A stretch of DNA of 64,000 nucleotides from an uncultured archaeon (GTDB lineage Archaea > Aenigmatarchaeota > Aenigmatarchaeia > CG10238-14 > EX4484-224). The translations under genes and the position numbers were made by a program. How positions within the stretch are numbered: position 1 is the first letter of the stretch; each line of letters opens with the position of its first letter. The notes under the pieces were generated by a model, which did not search any database, was not told where the DNA came from, and saw nothing but the letters and a program-made list of their open reading frames with translations. This document shows, piece by piece, positions 1-9,180 of the stretch. The stretch is taken from contig CAZGBT010000003.1 of the NCBI GenBank assembly GCA_964524025.1, forward strand, positions 602 through 64,601, given 5' to 3'.

Positions 1-1002
1 CTACAAATGGGTGCTAAATGGGCTGTCGAAAATGGTTTTGGCACAGAAAGAGATCTAGAATTTATAGAAGAAAAAGGCTGCCTAAAATACGCTGATCCTG
101 ATAAAGTATCGGAAAAAGCAAAAAGAAGAGGAGCGCCTCAGCTAGGTTCTTTAGGTGCAGGAAACCATTTCCTAGAAATTCAGAAAGTAGATAAAATCTA
201 TTTGCCTGAAGTAGCAAAAGTTTTTGGTATAGAAAGAGAAGGACAAATAACTGTTATGATTCATACTGGTTCTAGAGGCTTTGGCCATCAAGTTTGCACA
301 GATTATCTAAGAATTTTAGAGCATTCGTTTAGAAGCGAATTAAGGAAATTGCCAGATAGAGAGCTTGTTTTTGCTCCAGCTGGGACTAGACAATGCGAAG
401 ATTATTTTGCTGCAATGTGCTGTGCTGCAAATTTTGCATGGTGCAATAGACATATGATAATGCACTGGGTTAGAGAAAGCATGATAAAGGTTTTTGGTAT
501 GAGAAGAGAGGATATAGGATTAGAATTGGTCTATGATGTAGCTCATAATATTGGAAAGATAGAAGTTCATGAAATAGACGGAGAAAAAAGAAAGGTTTAT
601 GTACACAGAAAAGGTGCCACAAGAGCTTTTCCGCCAGGAAGCGAGGATATACCAAAGGCTTATAGAAAAGTTGGGCAGCCGGTGTTAATTCCAGGTTCAA
701 TGGGCACTGCTAGCTATATTCTGGTAGCTGCTGAAACTGCAAAAGAAACTTTTTATTCTACTGCTCATGGAGCTGGTAGAGTAATGTCAAGAGCAAGAGC
801 TTTAAGAACTTTTAGAGGAGAAAGGGTAGCTGGTGTTTTAGCAAGTAGGGGTATTCTAATAAGGGCAGCGAGCTGGAAAGTAGTTGCAGAAGAAGCTCCA
901 CAAGTTTATAAGGAAATAGACGAAGTTGCTTTAACAACTGAAAGAGCTGGAATATCCAAGAGAGTTGTAAGATTAGTTCCTATTGGTGTAGTAAAAGGAT
1001 AA
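1..1002 (+). CDS. rtcB: RNA-splicing ligase RtcB, C-terminal ~333 aa; the 5' end lies outside the window
   Basis: Frame is open from nt 1. Motifs GAGNHFLEIQ, HTGSRGFGHQ and HGAGR are typical of RtcB. Confidence 0.9.
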   Translation, partial: LQMGAKWAVENGFGTERDLEFIEEKGCLKYADPDKVSEKAKRRGAPQLGSLGAGNHFLEIQKVDKIYLPEVAKVFGIEREGQITVMIHTGSRGFGHQVCTDYLRILEHSFRSELRKLPDRELVFAPAGTRQCEDYFAAMCCAANFAWCNRHMIMHWVRESMIKVFGMRREDIGLELVYDVAHNIGKIEVHEIDGEKRKVYVHRKGATRAFPPGSEDIPKAYRKVGQPVLIPGSMGTASYILVAAETAKETFYSTAHGAGRVMSRARALRTFRGERVAGVLASRGILIRAASWKVVAEEAPQVYKEIDEVALTTERAGISKRVVRLVPIGVVKG

Positions 1003-1587
1003 CTAGCCAACTAACTTTTGCGCTATAGCTTCTCCAAATTTCTTTGCAGCAAACGGACCACTTGCTGTTATAATATTACCATCTATTTCTACATCCTTTC
1101 CTGTATAAATTGCTCCATGCATTTCTAAATTACTCTTTTCAGAAGGAAAAGCCGTAACTATTTTTCCTTCTAAAATTCCAGAATTAGCTAAAATCGATGG
1201 CGCGATGCAGATAGCGGCAATTATTTTATTTTTTTGATATGCCTCTTTAGCTATTCTTAAAGCTTCTGTATCGTTAAAATAAACCTTAGTTCCGGGTCCT
1301 CCTACAAATATTATTGCATCGTATTTATCCACACTTACTTCCTTTAAAGTCAAATTTACATTCAAACTTTTTCCAAAAACACTTCTAGCTATTCTTTCTT
1401 TACTAGCTATGTAAGCTTTTGCTCCATAGCTAGTCAATATTTTGTAAGGTTCAAAAAACTCTTCGTCCCTAAAATCCTGCGGAGCTACTATGAATAAAAC
1501 AGATTTTCCGGCTAAATCTATTTTAGTTTGCTTTACACAACCAGCGAGTAATAGAGGTATAATTATTAAAGCAAAAAACTTTCTCAT
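1003..1587 (-). CDS. DJ-1/PfpI family protein with a lipoprotein-type signal peptide
   Basis: N-terminus MRKFFALIIIPLLLAGC looks like a lipobox. Nucleophile-elbow motif AAICIAPSILA and a class I glutamine amidotransferase-like layout. Confidence 0.8.
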   Translation of the reverse strand: MRKFFALIIIPLLLAGCVKQTKIDLAGKSVLFIVAPQDFRDEEFFEPYKILTSYGAKAYIASKERIARSVFGKSLNVNLTLKEVSVDKYDAIIFVGGPGTKVYFNDTEALRIAKEAYQKNKIIAAICIAPSILANSGILEGKIVTAFPSEKSNLEMHGAIYTGKDVEIDGNIITASGPFAAKKFGEAIAQKLVG

Positions 1588-1595
1588 GAATTAAA

Positions 1596-1991
1596 TTAAA
1601 AATTAAATTTAAAATCTTCTTTTGCAATTTTCTCTAATCTTCTGACCTGTTCTTTTCTAAAACCAATATAAATGCCACCCTCTTTCTTTCCAACCCAAGT
1701 TCTTGTTCCTTCACCTTTTTCTAGTACCTTATTAAGGAGTTTATGAAAAATCTTAATTTTCCAACCTTTACTAGTTTTTATTTCAATCCCGTCTTTAAGC
1801 CCTCTAATCGAAAGAAACTCTCCTTTTCCGTTTATGAATTTTTCAAGTTCCTTAGCTTCTATATCTAAGTGAGTAACTCTAGCTAAAGCAAAACCTTTTA
1901 CATGAATGTAAACTTCCCCTTCTATTTCTTTAGTCCCAACAAAAATTTTTGCTCCTTCAAGTTTAAGCTTACCATAAGCTGGGCCAGTCAT
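1596..1991 (-). CDS. Hypothetical protein (131 aa), translationally coupled to archease
   Basis: Start taken at MTGPAYGK, where its ATG overlaps the archease TGA (ATGA at 1988-1991). I recognise no family. Confidence 0.5.
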   Translation of the reverse strand: MTGPAYGKLKLEGAKIFVGTKEIEGEVYIHVKGFALARVTHLDIEAKELEKFINGKGEFLSIRGLKDGIEIKTSKGWKIKIFHKLLNKVLEKGEGTRTWVGKKEGGIYIGFRKEQVRRLEKIAKEDFKFNF

Positions 1992-2407
1992 ACATCTAAT
2001 ATCACTTGAGCCTTCCAAACATCATTTTTCTCTATTTCCATTTTATGCATAGTGCATGCTTTAACTTCTGTTTTACCTTCGTGTTTTTCTGGGTCGAAAT
2101 GCTCTCCATAACAAAAAGCTTTTAATTTATAATTTTTTTCATCAACTTGAACTTCAAATTTTGAAAAAACTAAGCCTTCAGCACCAAAATAATAAAGCAA
2201 CTCGTTAAGCCAATTAAAAAGCAAAGATTTTAAATCGTCCCCTTCAACTTCGATAATCTTTTTCTCTTTTGGTTCAATTTTTGTAGTATCTACCATCACT
2301 TCAAACATAGCAAGGGCTGCATTTTCAAAAAGTTCATTTAAACTCTTACCGTAAGCAAGGAAAGCTACGTCTGCTGTTGTTATATCCAAATACTCAAATT
2401 TTTTCAT
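1988..2407 (-). CDS. Archease (RtcB activator)
   Basis: 139 aa. N-terminus MKKFEYLDITTADVAFLAYGKSLNELFENAA and a C-terminal KACTMH-type motif are typical of archease. Confidence 0.85.
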   Translation of the reverse strand: MKKFEYLDITTADVAFLAYGKSLNELFENAALAMFEVMVDTTKIEPKEKKIIEVEGDDLKSLLFNWLNELLYYFGAEGLVFSKFEVQVDEKNYKLKAFCYGEHFDPEKHEGKTEVKACTMHKMEIEKNDVWKAQVILDV

Positions 2408-2482
2408 AATTTCTTATTAGTTTTGGTTAATGAAAGTGTTAAGAAAAAGATTTAAATTACTTGAACACAATTTTTTTGTACT

Positions 2483-3328
2483 ATGAAAGATATTTACGAC
2501 TTAATAAGAACGGAAGAAAGAGTTTTGGAACTTGTAGATTCTGCAAAAGGTATTAATGCTTTATTAAGAGATTACTTAAGACCAGATAGGGGTTATCAGA
2601 CTGCTCGCTACGTTGTTTCGGAACTTCAGCATTATGTGGAAAATCTTTATGAGGGACTTCAGCGAATAGAAAAAATACCCAGTTTTAAGAAGATAAAAGA
2701 ATTGTTTGAGGAAGATGTCTTTCCTATTCTAAGGAAAATGAAAAACCTACTTAGAAAAGTCGAAGTATCTTATGAGAAGGGAGAAAGAGGTAAGGAAGTT
2801 CTGCTGGCAGGCGAGTTTGAGGAACTCTTGATAGACGCCTATGGGATTCACATTGCTATAAGTTTTTATAAAGGACAACTTACCTTAGTAGCTAGTGCGC
2901 TAAGGGGCGAGTTATTTTCCGCGTTAAAAGAAGGTTTAAGGTATGCTTCTATTTTTGTAAGAAAAAAGAAAAATGATCAGACTTATTATATGAACGGCTC
3001 AGAACCGTTCATAGCTTGGTCGATTGGGACTTCTTATGAGAACGAAGGGAGAATGCTTAGAGAATTAGTAGAAAAGATTAAAAGAAAGAGATTCAAGGAA
3101 GCAAAAAAATCTTTGTTACAACATGCGCCAATAGAAGGGGTAAAAAAAATGATCGAAAAACTAAGGGGTATGAGAAAACTGTTTCATCAGATGGTTAGAG
3201 AAAGGACTCTCTGGGAGAAGGGGTGTAGAGCTTCTGTTCTTTTCAGTCTAGTTCCACCCTATTATGAATCTCTAATCAATGAATTATATGTGGAGTTTTA
3301 TTCAAATCCTTCTACCTACATCGTATAG
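2483..3328 (+). CDS. Hypothetical helical protein (281 aa)
   Basis: Long ORF with a TATA-like tttaaatta about 30 nt upstream. No family recognised. Confidence 0.5.
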   Translation: MKDIYDLIRTEERVLELVDSAKGINALLRDYLRPDRGYQTARYVVSELQHYVENLYEGLQRIEKIPSFKKIKELFEEDVFPILRKMKNLLRKVEVSYEKGERGKEVLLAGEFEELLIDAYGIHIAISFYKGQLTLVASALRGELFSALKEGLRYASIFVRKKKNDQTYYMNGSEPFIAWSIGTSYENEGRMLRELVEKIKRKRFKEAKKSLLQHAPIEGVKKMIEKLRGMRKLFHQMVRERTLWEKGCRASVLFSLVPPYYESLINELYVEFYSNPSTYIV

Positions 3329-3673
3329 CCGCAGCTTTAATCTTAACAGTTCACAAGCAATATCAGGATCTTCTTGAGCTATTTCACGTAAACCTTCTAA
3401 CTCTGCCTGAGGAAGTGACCCTTCCGCCACTTCTAACAACTCTCTTACTTCCATTCGTAGCTTTTCTTCAAACCTTTTCTCTTCCAAGATCGTCAGAGGA
3501 CTCTTGTATCTCTTCCATACAGCTTGTCGTTCTTCTCTCTCAAATTGCTCGTAGAATGCACATCCATATATTACGTCGGGGTCTACTTCACAATCTGGCC
3601 GCGCTTCTGGGCAAATAGGTACATAAGGGCATGCCCACTTGTTATTTTCCTTCATAATTAGAATTTTCATCAT
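3302..3673 (-). CDS. Hypothetical Cys-containing protein (123 aa)
   Basis: ORF convergent with 2483..3328, overlapping it by 27 nt. The N-terminal half contains CPYVPICPEARPDC. No family recognised. Confidence 0.45.
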   Translation of the reverse strand: MMKILIMKENNKWACPYVPICPEARPDCEVDPDVIYGCAFYEQFEREERQAVWKRYKSPLTILEEKRFEEKLRMEVRELLEVAEGSLPQAELEGLREIAQEDPDIACELLRLKLRLYDVGRRI

Positions 3674-3688
3674 AAATTATTTAAATTA

Positions 3689-4510
3689 CTACCGCCTAAT
3701 GGCTAAAATTTTAGTCAATTTCTCCTTGATTTTTAATGCATCTCTTTCTAAAAGTGGTGATTCGCAGATTATCGTTATGTTAACAGCTCTTTTTACTATT
3801 TCTTTCAAAAGCGGCTCGACTGGAGGATGATTGTTTATTGGAACATGGATATCCTGAAACCTTTTTGTATTAATATTATACTTTACGTTGCTAAAATGCG
3901 AATTTATATGCTGCAAATTCATAACCTTAACTTTATCGAAAATCTCTGAATAATCTATAAAACCATTATTTCTAGCATAGATGTGCGCAAAATCTATTAA
4001 AGGAACTACTCTTTTGTCATTTACTTCTTTACATAATTTAATTACTTCATCCAAGTCACCAAACTGCCCTTTCTTTGCCATCGTTTCTATAGCAAGCTTA
4101 GTATTACCGCTAAATCTTTCTAGTATGTCCTCTATTCCTTCTTTTATCTTTTGAAAGGTTTCCTCCTTTCCTTTCTTCCAATAATAACCTGCATGTATTA
4201 CAACACACTCAGCATTCATAGCACTTCCGATTTCTAAAGATTTAAGTATTAAACCTTTTGATCTTTTAACAACAACTTCCCTTTCTGAAGCAAGGTTTAA
4301 AAAATAAGGAGCATGAATAGATAATCTTATCCCTAGTTCTTCTGCTTTTTTACCCAAAATTTTTGCATCCCTTTCCTTTAAATAAATTTTCCTGACAAAT
4401 TCTATTTCCAAAGCGTTCAAACCAATTTTAGATATATAATCCAAAGCTTCAAGAGTACTCTTACCTTTTAAAGCTAAAGGTATACCAGCTGGTCCTATAA
4501 AAACTTGCAT
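3689..4510 (-). CDS. nfo: Endonuclease IV-like AP endonuclease (xylose-isomerase-like TIM barrel)
   Basis: Motifs HAPYFLNLAS, VVIHAGYY and IDFAHIYA resemble Nfo-family metal-binding motifs. Confidence 0.75.
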   Translation of the reverse strand: MQVFIGPAGIPLALKGKSTLEALDYISKIGLNALEIEFVRKIYLKERDAKILGKKAEELGIRLSIHAPYFLNLASEREVVVKRSKGLILKSLEIGSAMNAECVVIHAGYYWKKGKEETFQKIKEGIEDILERFSGNTKLAIETMAKKGQFGDLDEVIKLCKEVNDKRVVPLIDFAHIYARNNGFIDYSEIFDKVKVMNLQHINSHFSNVKYNINTKRFQDIHVPINNHPPVEPLLKEIVKRAVNITIICESPLLERDALKIKEKLTKILAIRR

Positions 4511-4671
4511 TATAGCAGAAATCTTGCTAATAATTCGATTATTATAAGGAAAATCGCTATAAAAACTACATGTTCAGGCTTTAACTTAAAGAATTTCTCT
4601 TCCTCCTCAGGGTACCTTATTAAACCTCCTATACCAGCTGGCAAATAAATTCTCTCCCTTCTTTTAACCAT
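4510..4671 (-). CDS. secG: Sec61-beta (archaeal SecG) translocon subunit, 53 aa; below the ORF-track size cutoff
   Basis: Manual translation gives MVKRRERIYLPAGIGGLIRYPEEEEKFFKLKPEHVVFIAIFLIIIELLARFLL. It has the Sec61-beta signature (basic N-terminus, GLIRY-EEE, one C-terminal TM helix). Its TAA overlaps the nfo ATG (TAATG). Confidence 0.7.
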   Translation of the reverse strand: MVKRRERIYLPAGIGGLIRYPEEEEKFFKLKPEHVVFIAIFLIIIELLARFLL

Positions 4672-4808
4672 ACTAATTTGCTTCTAAAATTATTTCTTCT
4701 TCTTCAAAGATCTTTTCCTTGAGCAACTCTATTAAAAGAAGTCTTCTAACATCTTTAACTAACTTGCTCTTCATTGGATAAGAGTTATACCTAATAATTT
4801 AAATAGTT

Positions 4809-5062
4809 GGCGTGCCGGCAGTAGCCCTCCTTCTGTTTAAGCGGCATTCGTCTAAGCGGCCTTAAAGGCCTTGCATCTCATCGAGGTCCTCGGCCCGTTT
4901 CATCCCTTCCAACCCAACTCAAGCAAAGCTATCATAGTTAGCGGATTGGAAGGGTGTCGTTTCTGATGCCGAGGCAAGCTTCTCAGCTTGCTCCTTTCGG
5001 AGCCCTCTCGATGGGAGGTACTTCCTCAGGTTTTTAACCCGAAGCCGCCCTGCCGGCTCGCC
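4809..5062 (-). ncRNA. rnpB: RNase P RNA (compact, ~254 nt)
   Basis: GC-rich island with no ORF. The 5' GGCGAGCCGGCAG pairs with the 3' CUGCCGGCACGCC (P1). It has a CR-I-like GAGGAAGUACC and a 3' region UAGACGAAUGCCGCUUAAACAGAAGGAGGGCUAC that parallels bacterial UAGAUGAAUGACUGUCCACGACAGAACCCGGCUUA. Confidence 0.8.
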
Positions 5063-5085
5063 AAATATTGATAGTCTTCCTGTTT

Positions 5086-6738
5086 TTAAATCTTACCTTT
5101 AAATAGCCCTTCCACATTTACTTCAAAACCTATGACAGGCATTTCAAGTTTCCATTTTTCCAAGACTCTAGGATGTATCTCTCCGAAGAAACCAACGCTT
5201 TTTTTACCGATAAGTATTTCAGCGCATCTTCCAGCTATAAAGGAAGGATGCTCAAACGGTTTAATTTCATAATTTATCCCTAGACTAGTTAGAAATGCGT
5301 CTATTACAGACCTTATTTGTGCAAAATTTGCTTTTGAGCTTGAAATTACACAAGCAAGCTTTCTTACATTTTTTGTTTTAGTCTCTTCATCTTGGTCTAT
5401 TATTACTGCATCGCCTATCTCAAATATTTTCTGAGGAAATTCTCTGTGTTTATTAGCTTCTAAGAACTTTAGTAAGCCAGGCAACAACCAATTTCTTAAA
5501 CATGTGTAAGTTTTAGAAACTGGATTCTCTATCTCAACTACATCTTTCCTTTTAACGTACATCTTATCGAACTGATCTTCTTCATTAGTTAAGACCGGTA
5601 GCATAACTTCTTGGAAGCCTAATCCGATCATCACGATTCTTAACTTATTAGAAAATTCTTCAAACTCATCTAGTTTACCTTTGGTAGCTAAATTTGGCAA
5701 TTCTGGCTCTATCTTATTAAATCCATATCCTATAGCTATATCCTCTATTAAATCCCATTCATGCAATATATCAACTCTATAAGGAGGTATCGCAACTCTA
5801 ATTTTATTCCTGCTTATTATTTTACTTCCAAAGCCCATTTTAATTAAGCATTGTTGAACTTTTTTTGCTGTTAATTTTATACCCAAAAGTTTCTCCGCTT
5901 TTTTCACATCCAAAATCTTGGTTTCTTCTCTAAGCTTGGGTGTGATCTCAACTTTATTTTTCTCTTTAATTTTTACAGCTTCTATTCGACAACCTCTTTC
6001 AGCAAAATTAGTAACTATTAAATTCAGAACTTGATTGACGGCATTTTTATCTGTTCCGGTCACCTCAACAAAAAGGTTTTTAGTATCTTCTTTTACTCTC
6101 GTTCTTTCAGAATTGATTATTGGTGGAAAACTAAAAATTCCATTTTTATCGCAATAAACAGGAAACATTTTAGCCTTTTCAACTATATGACCAAATTCTC
6201 TCCCCTTTTCTGTTTTCTTTAATATTTCTTCTAAAGTCAGTTCAGAATGCCAACCAAGAGGAACCATTTTTTCCTTTCTTCTAGCTTGCTTGTAATAAAC
6301 AGGAAATTCTATTTTATCTAAATCATGAATTCCTATCGCAACTTTTACTCTCCTTCTTCCTAAAGTTTCATGTAAAACTTCTTGAATGTTCATTAAGCTA
6401 CGAATAAAACTATCAGTTAGCTTTACATCCCTTATAATTGCACAAGCAATGTAAGGTCTTATTGGAACGTCTTCTTTTATCACTACATGCTTAGCTCTTT
6501 TTATCTTATACTTCACTGGCTTCTTATAAATTCCAAGATAAAACTTAAAAGCTCTAACCAAACCTTCTACTCCAAACATATCAGCTCTATCAGCAGTATG
6601 CTCAATCGTTATCTCATTTTCGGTAATTTCCTCGACATTTGTCTTAAAACTTTCGACTAAATTCTTAAGTTCTTCATCGCTTAATTTCCTTCCTAGAAGC
6701 TCGAATATATCCTCCTTCTTGTAAGTAATTACTGGCAT
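5086..6738 (-). CDS. pheT: Phenylalanyl-tRNA synthetase beta subunit
   Basis: 550 aa with archaeal PheT-like B3/4 and B5 domain order. Immediately follows pheS with a TGATG overlap at 6738. Confidence 0.9.
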   Translation of the reverse strand: MPVITYKKEDIFELLGRKLSDEELKNLVESFKTNVEEITENEITIEHTADRADMFGVEGLVRAFKFYLGIYKKPVKYKIKRAKHVVIKEDVPIRPYIACAIIRDVKLTDSFIRSLMNIQEVLHETLGRRRVKVAIGIHDLDKIEFPVYYKQARRKEKMVPLGWHSELTLEEILKKTEKGREFGHIVEKAKMFPVYCDKNGIFSFPPIINSERTRVKEDTKNLFVEVTGTDKNAVNQVLNLIVTNFAERGCRIEAVKIKEKNKVEITPKLREETKILDVKKAEKLLGIKLTAKKVQQCLIKMGFGSKIISRNKIRVAIPPYRVDILHEWDLIEDIAIGYGFNKIEPELPNLATKGKLDEFEEFSNKLRIVMIGLGFQEVMLPVLTNEEDQFDKMYVKRKDVVEIENPVSKTYTCLRNWLLPGLLKFLEANKHREFPQKIFEIGDAVIIDQDEETKTKNVRKLACVISSSKANFAQIRSVIDAFLTSLGINYEIKPFEHPSFIAGRCAEILIGKKSVGFFGEIHPRVLEKWKLEMPVIGFEVNVEGLFKGKI

Positions 6739-8003
6739 CAGACCACCTCCTTATTTCTTAACCAATCTAAATCATAGGAGTAAAGATACCTTATATCGTT
6801 TATTCCTAGTTTTATCATAGCTAGTCTGCCAAAACCAAGACCCCACGCGAGAACTGGAACGTCTATTCCTAAAGGTAAAGTAACCTCTGGCCTAAATATT
6901 CCTGCGCCACCATACTCAACCCAACCTATCTCTGGATGATAAGCCAAAGCCTCTACGCTTGGCTCTGTGAATGGAAAGTAGCTAGGTTTAAATTTTACCT
7001 TTACTGCATCAACAACTTCTTCAGCGATTACTTTTAGATATCCTAACAAATGCTTTAAATTTAAGCCTTCGCCAACGACTATTCCTTCGCATTGTTCAAA
7101 TTCAATAAAATGTTTTGCATCTATGACATCAGGCCTAAAGACTTTGTCTATCATAAACATCTTGAAAGGTAAATCTTCCTTCCTAAGTTTATAAAGGACC
7201 CTTGCAGATACAGCAGTTCCTTGACTTCTCAAAATAAGCCTTCTTGCTAATTCAAAATCCCAAAAACCCCATCCTTTACTTCCTGTTTTCCAACCATTTT
7301 CATGAGTCTTCCTAACCCTTTCCCATAGTCTTTTGTCTAAAACTTTCCCATACCTTGGTTTTTTAACCATAAAAATATCATGAATGCTTCTTGCTGGATG
7401 ATCGCTAGGCATAAACAAAGCATCGCAATTCCAAAAGTTTAGTTCTACATAAGGTCCTTTTACTTCGACAAAACCTAATGCTAACAATTTCTTCCTTACC
7501 TCTTCTATTATTTGTTTGTATGGATGTGGCTTACCAGGAAAAATCCTTTTACTCTTTAGGGTAACATCATATTTTTTAAACTTAACTTTTTTCCAAATTC
7601 CAAATTTTATGAGTTCTGGTGTTAAATCTGTAACCTCCTTTCCTGCGTATATACGTTCCAATTCTTCTTTTCTAGGAGAATATTCGTATATAAGCTTTCT
7701 TTTTAAGAGAAGTCTTACCATTTCTTCGCTAACCTGTTCGCCCTTACTTATCTTTCTTAAAGCTTCTTCTTCTGGAAAACTTTCTGGGACTTTTTTTAAC
7801 CAAATCCCGCCGCCTTTAACTTCTATCCATCCTCTTTCAAGACACCATTTTATGGCTATATGAAAATTCTTAATCTTCTTAATAGCATGTTCCATCTTTA
7901 AAAAATGGGATGGCTCTTGCTTAAGCAATTCTATAAGTTTTCTTTCAGGCAACCCCTTTTCTAAATATTCTTTACCCTCTTCAGTAAGCTTGTAAATTTT
8001 CAT
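6738..8003 (-). CDS. pheS: Phenylalanyl-tRNA synthetase alpha subunit
   Basis: Class II core motifs (HPARSIHDIF, FRPD, GAGIFRPEV, AWGLGFGRL). Confidence 0.9.
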   Translation of the reverse strand: MKIYKLTEEGKEYLEKGLPERKLIELLKQEPSHFLKMEHAIKKIKNFHIAIKWCLERGWIEVKGGGIWLKKVPESFPEEEALRKISKGEQVSEEMVRLLLKRKLIYEYSPRKEELERIYAGKEVTDLTPELIKFGIWKKVKFKKYDVTLKSKRIFPGKPHPYKQIIEEVRKKLLALGFVEVKGPYVELNFWNCDALFMPSDHPARSIHDIFMVKKPRYGKVLDKRLWERVRKTHENGWKTGSKGWGFWDFELARRLILRSQGTAVSARVLYKLRKEDLPFKMFMIDKVFRPDVIDAKHFIEFEQCEGIVVGEGLNLKHLLGYLKVIAEEVVDAVKVKFKPSYFPFTEPSVEALAYHPEIGWVEYGGAGIFRPEVTLPLGIDVPVLAWGLGFGRLAMIKLGINDIRYLYSYDLDWLRNKEVV

Positions 8004-8064
8004 AAAATCAAGTTTTGATTTGCTTTATATTTTTTTAAAGTTTTATAAAATCCAATTATCCATC

Positions 8065-9159
8065 ATGGGAATCTTAATAGATCCTTGGGGAAGTTTTTTG
8101 ATAAAAGATTATGAAAGGTTGATAGGAGAATATAGGATTGAACCATTTACTAAAGAATTGCTTGAAAAGCTACCAAACCCGAATAAATTGATGAGAAGGT
8201 TTGTAGTTTTTGGACACACGGATTTGCAAAGGATAATTAAAGCTATAGAAAATAAAGAAAAATTTTACGCGTTAAGCGGAATAATGCCATCTTATGATAA
8301 AATTCATTTCGGGAATAAGATGGTAATAGAAAATCTCTGTTATTTTCAAAATTTAGGCGCAAAAACTTTTGTTTGTGTAGCTGATTTAGAAGCTTTAGCT
8401 ACAAGAAAAGTAAAGCTAGAAGAATCGAGAGAAAGAGCTTTAAACTTTCATATACCAGCTTACATAGCTTTAGGTTTGGATCCTAAAAAAACCATTTTTT
8501 ATTTTCAATCAGAAAACGAAAAGGCAAAGAACCTTTGTTTCGCTTTCTCAAGTAAAATAACAACTAGCGAATTTAAAGCTATCTATGGAAGTTTAGAAGC
8601 TTCTAGAATAATTTCATCCCTTTTGCAAGCTGGTGATATATTATTCCCTCAATTAGAAAACCCAATGCCTGGAATTATACCAGTAGGTCCAGATCAAAGC
8701 CCCCATATATTGTTAACAAGAGATGTAGCACATAGAACCAAATCTATGTTTGGATTTATCCCGCCTTCTGCTATATACCATAAATTCACACCAGCTTTAA
8801 ATGGAGAGCTCAAAATGAGCAAGTCAAAGCCACAATATTGTATTTCTATTCCAGAAGAAGAGGATAGCATTAGAAAGAAAATTATGGACGCTTTTACAGG
8901 CGGCAGGTTTACTTTAAGGGAACAGAGGGAATTGGGAGGAGAGCCAGAGAAATGTACTGTTTTTGAATTATATAAGCAGCATTTAGTAGAATATGATGAA
9001 GAATTAAACGAAATTTATAGAAAATGCAAGAATGGAGAACTGATTTGTGGCGAATGTAAATTAATGTGCATAGAAAAAATGTTAAAGTTCATGAAAGATT
9101 TTGAGAAAAAGCTAGAAAAGGCTAGAAAAATCGTTGATAGACTAAAATTCTTAAAGTAA
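8065..9159 (+). CDS. trpS: Tryptophanyl-tRNA synthetase (archaeal type)
   Basis: HIGH-like KIHFGN and KMSKS motifs. The C-terminal GGRFTLREQRELGGEPEKC...CKNGELICGECK closely parallels archaeal TrpRS. Start moved to the ATG at 8065, because the TTG extension from 8020 looks spurious. Confidence 0.9.
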   Translation: MGILIDPWGSFLIKDYERLIGEYRIEPFTKELLEKLPNPNKLMRRFVVFGHTDLQRIIKAIENKEKFYALSGIMPSYDKIHFGNKMVIENLCYFQNLGAKTFVCVADLEALATRKVKLEESRERALNFHIPAYIALGLDPKKTIFYFQSENEKAKNLCFAFSSKITTSEFKAIYGSLEASRIISSLLQAGDILFPQLENPMPGIIPVGPDQSPHILLTRDVAHRTKSMFGFIPPSAIYHKFTPALNGELKMSKSKPQYCISIPEEEDSIRKKIMDAFTGGRFTLREQRELGGEPEKCTVFELYKQHLVEYDEELNEIYRKCKNGELICGECKLMCIEKMLKFMKDFEKKLEKARKIVDRLKFLK

Positions 9160-9180
9160 CAAAATTATAACAAACTAATT

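Noticed and set aside
8020-8064. TTG-initiated extension of the TrpRS ORF.
   Set aside because: The hydrophobic, AT-driven peptide MLYIFLKFYKIQLSI lies in the divergent promoter region. Archaeal TrpRS similarity begins at the ATG at 8065.
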